DNA from: an uncultured Verrucomicrobiae bacterium
GTDB lineage: Bacteria > Verrucomicrobiota > Verrucomicrobiia > Chthoniobacterales > JAATET01
Length of the DNA stretch: 64,000 nucleotides
Assembly: GCA_963719495.1 (NCBI GenBank)
Contig: CAVRCI010000013.1
Span: 128,001 to 192,000 of the forward strand
Direction: 5' to 3'
In this document: in pieces, positions 1 through 10,157 of the stretch
How the letters are laid out: each line of letters begins with the position of its first letter
Numbering within the stretch: position 1 is the first letter of the stretch
Notes under the pieces: model-generated
What the model was told of the DNA's origin: nothing
Database searches by the model: none
The model's input: the letters and a program-made list of their open reading frames with translations, nothing else
Position numbers and translations under genes: made by a program

Positions 1-2013
1 GCGGTCAAGGCGCGAATCGTCATCTACATCCCATCCGGGTGGGCCGCCGACTTCGCCGACTTCACCCTCCAGCCCGCCGCCGTCCGCCCCGACAGCCTCT
101 CCGTCGACCTCGTCTGTTCACAGATCCGCAAAAATGCCCGCCAGGACGCCACGCTCGACCTCCGCGTGGAAAACCGCGGCTCGCAGGTTTACGAAAATCT
201 CGAGATCGATCTCGACCTCCCCCCCGGTCTTGCGACCGAAGACACCACCACTTACGCGATCGGCCGCCTCAGCTTCGGCGAAACCTACGAGCGCGCAATC
301 CCGCTCACTGGCTACCCGGAAGATCCCGCCAAACCCATCACCGCCAACGTCACCGCGAAAGTCGGTGGCGAGCCGAAAACTCTCACCGTCACCACCCTCC
401 CCTTCGTCACTTTCGCCGAGGAAACCGAACTCGCCACCAAGGACCTCCCCCCACCCGTCCTCCCCAAGATGGACGTGAAACTCGGAGCCTATTATTTTCC
501 CGTCACCCTCGATTGGGATCGCGCCAACTGGGGCGTTCGCGACGTCCCCTACCTAGACCCCCTACTCGGCTATTACGACGAGGCCTCGCCCGAGGTCGCC
601 GACTGGCACACCTGGTGGGCCATCGAGCACGGCATCTCCTACTTCATCTTCTGCTGGTATCAGAACCAGGGGATGGAATACCTCAACGACGCGCTCGACA
701 AGGGATTCCTCGAGAGCCGCTTTTCGTCGCGGATGGAATTCGCCGTCAATTGGTGCACCGAAAACCACGCCGCCGAGTTCAAGCCCGAGTCGTTCTCCGA
801 CGAAGCGCTCGCCGACGCGATGACGATCCTCTGCGATAAATATTTCAGCCAACCGAATTACCTGAAAGTCGACGGCAAACCCGTCGTCTTCCTCCACACC
901 CCGATCAAGATCATCGGCGAAGTCGGCGGCCTCGCCCAGATGAGCGACGCTCTCGACCGCATGCGGGCCATCGCCAAGGCCAAAGGCCACGAAGGCGTCT
1001 ACTTCGTCGCCGTCCACCTCATGCCCTACCTCGTCGACTTCAAAGCCGCCGGCTTCGACTGCGTCACCGCCTACGCCTACGGCTTCCGCGACGTTGCGAA
1101 GACCGTCGACGCCAAGGGCTACGAGCTCCCCTACTCCGCCCTCATCCCCCGCCACCGCGAAGCCTACGCGACCGCGCAGGCCGATGCGCACGAGCAGGGC
1201 CTCGATTACATCCCGGTCGCGTGGGTCGGCTGGGACGACTACGGCCGCTCGCGCGAAGGCTCCGTCCGCACCAGCGGCAACACGCCCGGCGCTTTCCGCC
1301 GAATGCTCGAGCAGCTCCCCGACTTCGTCGAAGACGAACCCCGCCTCGCCCTCTTCGAAGCCTGGAACGAATGGGGCGAAGGCGGCCACGTCGAGCCCTC
1401 GGCCCGTGAAGGTTTCGGCAAGCTCAGCGCCATCCGCGACGCGCTTTCCGACCAGCGCGGACCGTATCAAATGCCGCTACCACCCGCCGAAGAAATCGCC
1501 GCTTTCAACACGGACGCCAAGTGGGCCGACGTCCATTCCCTCTACAGCGAACGCTACGCGCGGAAACTCGGCATCCCGGAAAACGGCCTCGATCTGAATT
1601 TCGAATCCGGCGAAGCCAGCCTCTACCTCAAGCCGCTGCAAGGTGTGACGGACGTCACACTCGAGGACGGTCGCGAGACCGCCCGCGCCGTGACGAAAGA
1701 CCCCGCCTTCCTCTCCCCGCCCATGCTCCAGCTCGCCGCCGAGCGCTTCGACGCCATCGAGATCACGATGCGAGTCGCGAGCGGCACTCAGGGATCGATC
1801 TTCTGGACCTCCGAAAAGATTGGGAAATGGACTCCCGACCAATCCGTCACCTTCCCCGTCCAGTCCGGCGACCAGTTCCAAACCTACCGCGTCGACCTGG
1901 CGAAGAGCCCGCACTGGAAAGGAACAATCAATCAATTCCGAATCGACCCGACCAACGCCCCGGGACAGATCGAGATCGAGAGCTTCCGCACGATCCCAGC
2001 CGATCGTCCATGA
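1..2013 (+). CDS. Glycoside hydrolase family 99-like / WbsX-like protein with C-terminal beta-sandwich (5'-truncated)
   Basis: Frame is open from base 1. Motifs GAYYFP, PLLGYYDE, GISYFIFCWY, YLKVDGKPV and AWNEWGEG are typical of GH99-like/WbsX TIM barrels. The C-terminal WKGTINQFRIDP segment looks CBM-like. Confidence 0.75.
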   Translation, partial: AVKARIVIYIPSGWAADFADFTLQPAAVRPDSLSVDLVCSQIRKNARQDATLDLRVENRGSQVYENLEIDLDLPPGLATEDTTTYAIGRLSFGETYERAIPLTGYPEDPAKPITANVTAKVGGEPKTLTVTTLPFVTFAEETELATKDLPPPVLPKMDVKLGAYYFPVTLDWDRANWGVRDVPYLDPLLGYYDEASPEVADWHTWWAIEHGISYFIFCWYQNQGMEYLNDALDKGFLESRFSSRMEFAVNWCTENHAAEFKPESFSDEALADAMTILCDKYFSQPNYLKVDGKPVVFLHTPIKIIGEVGGLAQMSDALDRMRAIAKAKGHEGVYFVAVHLMPYLVDFKAAGFDCVTAYAYGFRDVAKTVDAKGYELPYSALIPRHREAYATAQADAHEQGLDYIPVAWVGWDDYGRSREGSVRTSGNTPGAFRRMLEQLPDFVEDEPRLALFEAWNEWGEGGHVEPSAREGFGKLSAIRDALSDQRGPYQMPLPPAEEIAAFNTDAKWADVHSLYSERYARKLGIPENGLDLNFESGEASLYLKPLQGVTDVTLEDGRETARAVTKDPAFLSPPMLQLAAERFDAIEITMRVASGTQGSIFWTSEKIGKWTPDQSVTFPVQSGDQFQTYRVDLAKSPHWKGTINQFRIDPTNAPGQIEIESFRTIPADRP

Positions 2014-4172
2014 CCCATTCCACCAGCCCATTCCGATACCGAGTCGCCATCGCCGGCTGCCCCTCGCACCCCGACGTCGAATGGAACGAGGCCAACCTCA
2101 CCCGCCTCCGCGACCTCGGCTTCAACACCGTCCAGCTCAACGTCGCCTGGGGCGGCCGCCCCGGTGACGAACCCCTCAACCTCGAAGACCTCGTCGCCCT
2201 CCCGCCCGCCCGACTCGCAGAATTGAATCAGCCCGACCTCCCGCCGCGCAGCGTGCCGGAGCGGCGCGACGAACGCCGCGCCCAGCTCACCCACCGGATC
2301 GCGCTTTGCCGCGAGCTTGGGCTCCGCACCATTTTTCACTTCGGCGCGCCCTTCAACGCGCAATACGGCATCGACACCGACTTCGACGGACCGCAGGCCC
2401 GCAGCCTGCTCGACCCCGAGACCACGCTCTACTACCGGGAGATGATCCGCGCCTTCGACGCTGAGTTCCCCGGCGTCGACGACCTCCTCGTCTACACCTA
2501 CGATCAAGACGCTTGGGTTACGAGCGAGTTCGGTACCTGCGTGAAAACCCGCGGCCACACCCTCGCCGATCAGGTCGTCCCCTTCGTCTCCGCGCTCGCG
2601 GAGGAATGGCGCGCCCACCGCGCCGAAGGCTGGCTCTGGTGGTCGCCGTGGGAACTCTCCGCCGGGCAGGTCTACGAATGCGTGGACCGATTCGCGACGG
2701 ACGGAATCGGCCTCGACCTCCACCCGAACGTCGCCGAGACCATGCTCACGCTGCCCGTCGACCGGTGGCTGAAAAATACCGTTCGACTCGCCAGCCAGCG
2801 CGGCATCCCCGTCCTCGTCGAAAGCTTCCTCGGCGCGATGAGCGAAGAGCTCGAGCCCTATCAGTATCTCATGCACCCTAACGCGGTGATCCGCCAAGTG
2901 CGGACGATTGCCAGCGTGCCCGGTGTCTCTGGTATCAAGGAATACTACGGGCTAAATCCCACCAAATGGGACGCCAACCTCTCGGCCGCCGCGCGCGCCA
3001 TGATGGCGGACGAGGAGATCACTGAAGCCACCATCGTCCGGGACTTGGCGACACCTTTCGGCGACGCCGCGGACGCTGTGATCGAAGCGTGGCGCCTCTT
3101 CAGCGAAGCCCAGGAATTTCTCCCGTGGGACCTCTCCTGGTATCTGCGGGAGTTCGGAACGTCCGACGTTTCCCACGCCCTCACCGCCGCTGGCCTCCGC
3201 GGCGCGCAAGTCCCCACTCCATCCTGGGAATCGACCCGGCGCGCGATCTTCATGAAGAACGACGACGCGCCGCCGCACCCGTGGATGTTGGAGGACGTCC
3301 AGCTTCGCTTTGGCTTTGCGGAAAAGCGAATCGAGCAGGCGCTTGAGGCACTCGAGCCCGTGATTGATCGGATCTCCCCCAGCCATCAGGTCATTTTCAA
3401 GGCCAGCATCCGCGAGGCCCGCCACCTTCTCCGTCGCGTCCGCACCTATCGACTGCACGCGCGCGAGACGAACATTGCCACAATGCTTCGGACGAATCCG
3501 GCCGGTGCCGAGGCGCTTGGTTTCTTGATCGACGAACTCATAGTCTTGCTTAGAGAAGACCACGAAAATCAGGTCGCAGCCTATTCCGACCAAGGCACCG
3601 CCGCTCTTGAGGGCGCGCACTGGATTTGGGAAGACGCGACTACTTATAAGTCGAATTTGCCATGGGCCGTCCGCACCTTCACCCGCTCGTTCCCGATCGC
3701 ATCAGTCCAATCGACCGGTGAAGTCTGGCTCACGGCTACGAGCTCCGATCGTCTTGTGCGAGCGTCTGTCAACGGACATCTTGTCGAAGGATTCGGCACC
3801 GGACCCCCACCGTTTCGAGCCGACATCGTGTCACTCCTTCGCGAAGGTCACAACGAGATCGAAATCAGGACTTTCAAGTCGGGCTCCCTCTACGAACGTC
3901 CCGGCATCTGCGCAGCAATCGATGGTCCGGACCGCATTCAAACCGACGAAAATTGGCGCGTAGCTAAGCACTCAACTGAGGCAAAAGCAGCCGTCTTGAT
4001 CGCCCTCTACGGCGACCAACCCTGGGGCAATCAGGGCGCTGGCGACGGCGGGAGAGCAATCAGAGGAGCCATCGACCTGCTGAATGAGAATCCTGCGAAA
4101 TTTCTCGAGACGTATTTCCAACGAGCCCCCAACGAGAGAACCCACGGCCTCTTTTCAGTTACCTCCTGCTGA
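2010..4172 (+). CDS. Hypothetical glycoside-hydrolase-like (TIM-barrel) protein with C-terminal beta-sandwich, 720 aa
   Basis: ATG at 2010 overlaps the upstream TGA (ATGA). LRDLGFNTVQLNVAW resembles a GH barrel strand, and the AHWIW-led domain resembles galactose-binding-like modules. Confidence 0.55.
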   Translation: MTHSTSPFRYRVAIAGCPSHPDVEWNEANLTRLRDLGFNTVQLNVAWGGRPGDEPLNLEDLVALPPARLAELNQPDLPPRSVPERRDERRAQLTHRIALCRELGLRTIFHFGAPFNAQYGIDTDFDGPQARSLLDPETTLYYREMIRAFDAEFPGVDDLLVYTYDQDAWVTSEFGTCVKTRGHTLADQVVPFVSALAEEWRAHRAEGWLWWSPWELSAGQVYECVDRFATDGIGLDLHPNVAETMLTLPVDRWLKNTVRLASQRGIPVLVESFLGAMSEELEPYQYLMHPNAVIRQVRTIASVPGVSGIKEYYGLNPTKWDANLSAAARAMMADEEITEATIVRDLATPFGDAADAVIEAWRLFSEAQEFLPWDLSWYLREFGTSDVSHALTAAGLRGAQVPTPSWESTRRAIFMKNDDAPPHPWMLEDVQLRFGFAEKRIEQALEALEPVIDRISPSHQVIFKASIREARHLLRRVRTYRLHARETNIATMLRTNPAGAEALGFLIDELIVLLREDHENQVAAYSDQGTAALEGAHWIWEDATTYKSNLPWAVRTFTRSFPIASVQSTGEVWLTATSSDRLVRASVNGHLVEGFGTGPPPFRADIVSLLREGHNEIEIRTFKSGSLYERPGICAAIDGPDRIQTDENWRVAKHSTEAKAAVLIALYGDQPWGNQGAGDGGRAIRGAIDLLNENPAKFLETYFQRAPNERTHGLFSVTSC

Positions 4173-4432
4173 AATTTTTCCAAAGGACGGAGATGCCGCC
4201 CCGATCGCGTCGTTCCGAAGAAGTTGATGGAGTTTTCAGGAGTTGAGAAAGGATAGGTCGACCGACGGGGAAGACAGGCTGAAAAGCGCGATTCGCGATG
4301 GCGTCGGCTGTATATCGAAGGCTCGATATGTATAGGTGGATTCACTCTACGGGTGTCCGCTGGCGATATCGCACGGTTCCAGTTTCCCGCCTAAAATGGG
4401 TCGGGGCTAAGCCTGACATCGGGCTCCTACTG

Positions 4433-5935
4433 TCACTGATAAGCCGCCGCGACTTCCGCTCGCTCGGAGTCTGAAAGGCGTCCGTTCTGCAATGCCGCCA
4501 ACGCCGCTCCCTTATCGACTTCCGCCCAACTCCGGAACACCTTCATCAGGCTCGTGCGGCGGAAGCCTTCGTCTTGCAATGCCAAGGCTCCCGCTAACGC
4601 CCGGGCTGGATCATTGACTTCGAAATGTTCGCAGTAGGCTTTGAGAGCGGCGTCCCGGTCGCCACTTTCGGATTGGCCGAAGATCCACTTCGTGGCGGCC
4701 AGCTCGTCCCGCGCAAGCCACTCCCGGCTCAACTGCGAAAAGGAACGGTCTCGCGCCACAGGGTCCGCCACTGACCGCACGTGGGCCACAACGTCATTCA
4801 TCGGTAATTTGCGAATCGCCTGTGCGACGATCCCGCCAATCACTTGGTTCCTCTGATCGCTATCGAGAGACTGGACGTAGAGCATCGACTCTTCGAGATC
4901 CTGCTGCGACCACTGATCTACCAGGATTTTCACTGCCCGCGTCCGCTGTTCCCCTTCCATTTGTCCAACGTAGGCAGCGCACTCCTTTGGCGAGATCCTC
5001 GCCCATGCTCCCACCCGCTTGAGCTCCAACGTTTCGCGAAGACGTGAATTCCCGATTTCCTTCAGATACTGGCCGACGTCTGCAGGATGAGTCGTTACAA
5101 GCTCGGTCATGAGGGTTTCGTAAATCAGCGGCGAATCGGGATCGTTCTGATTCGCGTCATACCATGCAAACGCTGCCTCGATGTCACGGGCGCCCCAGGC
5201 TTTAGCCAAGTGATAGCGAGCGTTTGTCTTGATCTTACCCTCGGCCAAACTTTGCACGCGCTTCGCGCAAGCGACCGGGTCAAGCACTGCTAGAGCAGAC
5301 AGGGTTTGCAGTAGCGCCGTTTCTTGATCATCACCCGTGAGACCGCTGACCCAGCGAAAAGCAATGTCGGGGTCTCGGTCCGTCAAACCTTCCGCTATTC
5401 GGTGGATCATGAGGTATCGATCATCATCCGTCTTCTGGGTTTCAAGTAAAGCGATGGCCGTCTCAGGGGCGTCGTCGATGAGCCGATAGATCAGCCTATT
5501 TACGATGCCTACGTGTTCTGGGCCGCGAGGGAGGCCGGCAAGATATTCCGCCACGCCCGCAAGATCTCGCGACGCCAAGACCGTCAGCATTTCAGCCCGG
5601 GCCTCGATTGACCGGGTAGCGGAAAGGTTCTGCTCCGCGTAGCGGAGCGCACCTTCCGGGTCGACCGGTAACCTTGCTAACAGCTCTCGTCGTTCCGCCT
5701 GAAACTTTCCGCCTACTCGAGAGATACCCGATTCGTTGGCGCTCGGCACCAATTGCGATTCAGCGAGCTGGGATGTGCCCCTTGACGACGCGGTAGCGGC
5801 GCTCGTCGAGACCTCACGATCCGAAGCTGCGGCATACCCCATCCAATACGCTGGCAATGCAATCACCACGCTTGCCCCGAGAGCAATGAGCGAAAACCGC
5901 AAACCGGATGCCTCTCGAATCAGCTCGTTTACCAC
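4433..5935 (-). CDS. Membrane-anchored helical-repeat hypothetical protein
   Basis: 500-aa ORF with an N-terminal hydrophobic helix and repeated W..DP..A..W helical units. Overlaps the upstream stop codon. Confidence 0.65.
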   Translation of the reverse strand: MVNELIREASGLRFSLIALGASVVIALPAYWMGYAAASDREVSTSAATASSRGTSQLAESQLVPSANESGISRVGGKFQAERRELLARLPVDPEGALRYAEQNLSATRSIEARAEMLTVLASRDLAGVAEYLAGLPRGPEHVGIVNRLIYRLIDDAPETAIALLETQKTDDDRYLMIHRIAEGLTDRDPDIAFRWVSGLTGDDQETALLQTLSALAVLDPVACAKRVQSLAEGKIKTNARYHLAKAWGARDIEAAFAWYDANQNDPDSPLIYETLMTELVTTHPADVGQYLKEIGNSRLRETLELKRVGAWARISPKECAAYVGQMEGEQRTRAVKILVDQWSQQDLEESMLYVQSLDSDQRNQVIGGIVAQAIRKLPMNDVVAHVRSVADPVARDRSFSQLSREWLARDELAATKWIFGQSESGDRDAALKAYCEHFEVNDPARALAGALALQDEGFRRTSLMKVFRSWAEVDKGAALAALQNGRLSDSERAEVAAAYQ

Positions 5936-7410
5936 GTGACCGAATTTTGATTCTGATACAGGGCTTGGGCGTCGCTCATCACGGAACTCAGGGTCCCAGA
6001 GATAATGTAGGCTACGTAGTCGTTCTCACCCGAGTTCCATGGGAGTTGATTATGCCCGATCATTTGAATTGTGTTGTTGGCGAACTCGCCCGTCTCGTTG
6101 ATCGGCCCAAGGTGCTTCCAGGAGTAGCCCAGCCAGAACTCCACACTCCCACCATCTTCAGGATCTTTTGCCATGAACCCTACGCAATGGTCATTATCGA
6201 ACCCAAGGATTATGCACCGACCTGTAACGACGTTCACCTTGTTGCCCGCGCTGTTTCCGTTGTTCCAGAACATTGCCGTCCGGTCTTCGAGAATATCCCC
6301 AGCGACGTTGTAGACGTAATAATTACTCACGTTTGCTTTTAGCGACGCTGCGGCCACTCCGTTGTGATTAAACGACAGGTTGGTGAAATCGTTCGAAACC
6401 CGGAGCACCTGCTTCCAGCGGGTGATCCGGTCGCGATTTAACACGCCCTGCGAGACCTCTTTCCGAATGTAAAGATCTTGGTACCAGACTGGCTGCACAC
6501 CGCTTCCGCCGTATTGGTGCGTCGCGTTAACCTGCAGATTCTCAAGCGGCAGGGTCTTGCTGATCTGAACGCCAAAGTTGTTGAGGGTGACGTATTCGAC
6601 CGGCGATCCCATTCGTGTCTTTGGATCATCGTAATCGTAAATGGCGGATCCCATCCCGGCTTCTGCCAGCGTGAATCGATTGACAGCACCATCGCTGTTG
6701 ATGAGATCCCACTGCGCTCCAACTTGGATCTGCCGACCCAAGTCGTTGTTGTTGATAAATTGGAGGCCGCCAAATTCAAGGTGCCAAAGGCTCATTCCCG
6801 CCGCTTCATTGAAAGTCAGCGTCACCCCGCCCTTCGACATGATCCGGCCGACCACCGCAGTATTGCCATACCGAGGGAATACGTATCCGAGTGCTCCGCT
6901 CGCACCGTAGCCGGTCTTGGTGGATTCGGCACTGCTCCGGGTGTAGAACAAATTTCCTGGTTTCGACATGTTGAGCAGTTGACTGGCCCCCGGTCGGCTT
7001 TGATCAAAACTGCGGCCCAGGGTTTTCTCCAACGCCCAGAAGCCTCCAATTGCTGAATTCGCATCTCGATAGAGACCGGAACCATTCTTGAACTGCTGGA
7101 CCAGTGAGGTGCCGCTGATCGGTTCGTCCAAGAGATAAGCGACCTGCCCGTCCGAAGCCGACGACAGCGTTGGGATCTTGGCACTCAGCCAATTGGACTG
7201 ATCGCCCGCATAACGGTAAAGCATCTGCAAGCGCACCGGATTTCCAATGTGATCGAAGCTAGCGAAGCGATCAAAGGCGAAGCCGACGGTGGTGGTTGTG
7301 AGGCCGAGTGCGCCACAGATCAAGGCGCGCCGAAGGTGAGAAACGTGATGAGAAATACCGTTGCCTTGATCAAGGCCGGTAGCTCGAAGGGCTGGGGGGA
7401 ATGGAATCAT
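5929..7410 (-). CDS. Secreted hypothetical beta-rich protein
   Basis: 493-aa ORF with signal-peptide-like RRALICGALGLTTTTVGFA. Rich in N, G and aromatic residues. Confidence 0.6.
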   Translation of the reverse strand: MIPFPPALRATGLDQGNGISHHVSHLRRALICGALGLTTTTVGFAFDRFASFDHIGNPVRLQMLYRYAGDQSNWLSAKIPTLSSASDGQVAYLLDEPISGTSLVQQFKNGSGLYRDANSAIGGFWALEKTLGRSFDQSRPGASQLLNMSKPGNLFYTRSSAESTKTGYGASGALGYVFPRYGNTAVVGRIMSKGGVTLTFNEAAGMSLWHLEFGGLQFINNNDLGRQIQVGAQWDLINSDGAVNRFTLAEAGMGSAIYDYDDPKTRMGSPVEYVTLNNFGVQISKTLPLENLQVNATHQYGGSGVQPVWYQDLYIRKEVSQGVLNRDRITRWKQVLRVSNDFTNLSFNHNGVAAASLKANVSNYYVYNVAGDILEDRTAMFWNNGNSAGNKVNVVTGRCIILGFDNDHCVGFMAKDPEDGGSVEFWLGYSWKHLGPINETGEFANNTIQMIGHNQLPWNSGENDYVAYIISGTLSSVMSDAQALYQNQNSVTW

Positions 7411-7606
7411 AGAATAGATGGGTTCAAAAGAAGTGGTTAGGCGCGCGGGTGAGTCCGAGGCTAACTCTAGGGCGGCACGCCAAAGTCGATCAGGATCCGT
7501 CCCGCCGACTTCGATCGTCCGGAAGTTCGGGCACGCCAGCCAGCAACCCGCTGCCCGAGCCGCAACTCTGCGACTTCCATTTTTCGGCTCTGATCAGCAG
7601 CGCACA

Positions 7607-9100
7607 TCAATTTTGCGATTCCCCGTGCTTCGGAAACCATTCCATCAGCGCATCGGCGAAGATTTGATGGCCGCGGTTGTCCGGATGGTTGATCCCGTTT
7701 TTGAGATAGATCTCGTAGGGAATACCTTGTCGCCAGAGCTTTTCCCAACGCTTTGATGCGTCGGCCAGCGCCACGTTATTTTCGTCGGCGAATTGGCGGA
7801 GATGTTCGACGTAGGGGCGCGACTCCGAGTCGCGGAGGTCTTGATGCCCCATCTTTTCCATCATCGTGAAGTGCGGCGTGATCAGCAGCAGCTCCGCCCC
7901 CATGGCGTTCACCTTCTGCAAAATGCGATCATACTGATTTTTGAATTGCGGCCACTTCGTGAGATAGGAGTCATTCACGAACTCCAACGTCACCAGGTCC
8001 GGCTTGGCCGCCTCGATATCTTTCCACCGCTTCGAGAGATCGTGATTTGGGTTAAACCACATCGCACTTGTCGAGGCTCCTCTCGCGATCGTTTCGACGC
8101 GGGCGTTCGGGTAACGCTCTTGAAGCGCCCGCTCGAAGACGGCTGAATAGCGCATCTCTTCCATGGGATCTGCGTCTCCGCCGACCGTTACGGAATCACC
8201 CCAACAAACGATGGTGATAGGTTCGCCGCTTTCCAGCTTCGCGCGGAGTTTTTTTAATCTCTCGGTTGCGATCTTCGTCCAGGCATCTGGCAACAAGGTG
8301 CCAACGGGGAAGATGTTCGCTGGCTCGACGGTCTGAACGTCGCCACCGGGCCAGTAGATGTGCGCAAGTGTTGTTTCGTTACCGCCCTCCGGTTCCGGCA
8401 AAGGAGGCGACGCCAGCTCGGACTCTCCGACCTGAAGCGAAATCTCGCCATCTTCCGATAAGTTCACCGAGTCGACTCGCCTCGGCCCGAGCTGATAGTC
8501 GACGGTGTAGCCTGGTCCTTCGGTAAGACCACTATCCGCAGCCAATGCCACCGCGTTCCAAGCCGGATCGATGACAAAATCCTGGCCCCGCACTAGCTTC
8601 CGACCGTCGCTGGTCGTGATTTCCACACTCTCTGCGATGAGAGATCCGGGCATCACCTTTCTCATCCCCAACGGCTGTCCCGCAAGCAGTGTCCGGCTTT
8701 TCCACTCGTCGAACGGCGCCTTGAAGAGCTTGATGGCCTGACCCCGCACGTTCAGCGGATCCGGGGGATTCATCGCGAGCGTCTTGCCCTTCGCCTCCAC
8801 CATACCGCCTTCCATTTCAGCCGAGCCCGATGCGACCTTGATCCCCCCGCCGGACGACGTGACCTCAAGACCAGACCGGATGGCGGGGTGGCGGATGGTT
8901 TCGCCGTCCGAAGGATCAGCTGATTTCGATCCAGCTTCGAACGTGTTTGCCGTCAGCTCCGGATCCGGCATGGCGACCTCCGGTTGATCGCCGTCCAACT
9001 CATCCGGAGCGAGCTGAGGCCAAGCGTTGCCAACAGAAACGATTGCCAAGAAAAAGACTGCGCGTCGGAAAACCGCGCAGAGAGGTGAAAAGGTTTTCAT
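7607..9100 (-). CDS. Secreted SGNH/GDSL hydrolase (esterase) with N-terminal extension
   Basis: Block I VCWGDSVT, RGAS glycine block, EFVND and terminal GINHP. Signal peptide follows the ATG at 9100. Confidence 0.85.
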   Translation of the reverse strand: MKTFSPLCAVFRRAVFFLAIVSVGNAWPQLAPDELDGDQPEVAMPDPELTANTFEAGSKSADPSDGETIRHPAIRSGLEVTSSGGGIKVASGSAEMEGGMVEAKGKTLAMNPPDPLNVRGQAIKLFKAPFDEWKSRTLLAGQPLGMRKVMPGSLIAESVEITTSDGRKLVRGQDFVIDPAWNAVALAADSGLTEGPGYTVDYQLGPRRVDSVNLSEDGEISLQVGESELASPPLPEPEGGNETTLAHIYWPGGDVQTVEPANIFPVGTLLPDAWTKIATERLKKLRAKLESGEPITIVCWGDSVTVGGDADPMEEMRYSAVFERALQERYPNARVETIARGASTSAMWFNPNHDLSKRWKDIEAAKPDLVTLEFVNDSYLTKWPQFKNQYDRILQKVNAMGAELLLITPHFTMMEKMGHQDLRDSESRPYVEHLRQFADENNVALADASKRWEKLWRQGIPYEIYLKNGINHPDNRGHQIFADALMEWFPKHGESQN

Positions 9101-9114
9101 CGGGATAGGATCAA

Positions 9115-9897
9115 TCAACGCTCTGCCGTCGCGTCGCTCCAACCGACTGCGTCGGTAAAGGACGCGTTCCGCGGCCCCCAGTCGATGTCGTTTGGGTCCA
9201 CTGCCAACGCGTGTCCATCGACAAATACGACGTTGGCCTTTCCGGAGTGCCGCGGCATCACGTTGACACCTTCATCCCGGGCACCCCGGAAGAACGTGGA
9301 CCCCCGGCCAGGCGTGTCTTCGCGTTTGTCAAAGGGACCAGTCGAGTTCGGACCTCCGCCCGCGTCAGCGAAATAGACGGTCTTCGACGGTTTTCCGACC
9401 CGCACCTGCCGCTCGAACGCTGCCGGCGTTACCCAGACAGAAGCAAGGCTCGGGAAATTGATTCCGATCCCCAGAGGACTTCTCACACTTGAGATACCAC
9501 CGTCGCCGGGCGAGGCAGGCTTATGAAGTGCCGGGCAGGAAACGTGGGCCGCCTCGCACCCGTAGAGACTGAGGATGTCCGGCCAGGCGAGCACGCCGGC
9601 ACCAATGGCCACCGGATTCGACTCGGCGGCCTGCTGTGGGAAAATAGCTTTCGCCGTGTAGAGAGGGGGCAATTTTCCATCGTTGTCCGATGCGAAGAGA
9701 TTCGACGCAACGACCACACTTTTCATGTTGGAAAGGCACTTAGCTGCCGCAGCTCGTTCCTGCATGCCGCCGACCGCCGCGAAGATCAGAGAAGCCAGGA
9801 TCGCAATGATCGAGATGACCACGAGCAGTTCGATGAGGGTGAAGGCCCTCGCGCTGGGTTTAGCGGGCGGAAGAAAGTATGACGATCTGAGTTTCAT
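9115..9897 (-). CDS. Prepilin-type N-terminal cleavage/methylation protein with H-X9-DG C-terminal motif
   Basis: RAFTLIELLVVISIIAILASL N-terminus, CLSNMK motif, and RH-SGKANVVFV-DGHA, which is an exact H-X9-DG. Confidence 0.92.
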   Translation of the reverse strand: MKLRSSYFLPPAKPSARAFTLIELLVVISIIAILASLIFAAVGGMQERAAAAKCLSNMKSVVVASNLFASDNDGKLPPLYTAKAIFPQQAAESNPVAIGAGVLAWPDILSLYGCEAAHVSCPALHKPASPGDGGISSVRSPLGIGINFPSLASVWVTPAAFERQVRVGKPSKTVYFADAGGGPNSTGPFDKREDTPGRGSTFFRGARDEGVNVMPRHSGKANVVFVDGHALAVDPNDIDWGPRNASFTDAVGWSDATAER

Positions 9898-9953
9898 TGT
9901 CCGGGGGTGCTTGGGATCTGAAAAGGGAAGGGACCGAAATCTCTCCGATGCCT

Positions 9954-9967
9954 ATTGAACGATATGT
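9954..9967. promoter_or_regulatory. Candidate operator copy 1 (attgaacgatatgt)
   Basis: 11/14 identical to the copies at 11186 and 12784. Lies 57 bp upstream of the pilin-like gene. Confidence 0.5.
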
Positions 9968-10102
9968 ATATCGCGTCCCCGCGATCTTCGCAAGGAATGT
10001 TTCCTGAAGCGAAGTTGGTCGACCGGTGTAATGGCGGGGTCGATGTTTGGCCTACTGGCACCGGCAAGCAGTCGCCCCGCTTAATCCGGCGGGGCAGAAA
10101 CG

Positions 10103-10132
10103 AAAAAGCGGCCCGGGTCGAACCCGGACCGC
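10103..10132 (-). terminator. Rho-independent terminator of the PEP-CTERM gene
   Basis: Minus strand reads GCGGTCCGGG-TTCGA-CCCGGGCCGC-TTTTT, 25 bp after the stop codon. Confidence 0.8.
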
Positions 10133-10157
10133 AATTCGGAGGTCGATCGTTTCTCGA

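Noticed and set aside
1521..2009. 5' extension of the 883-aa ORF (likewise those of 32693-35134, 43291-44910, 30716-31954 and 60452-61627)
   Set aside because: These extensions overlap real genes in another frame or strand. Better starts with signal peptides or stop/start overlaps lie downstream.
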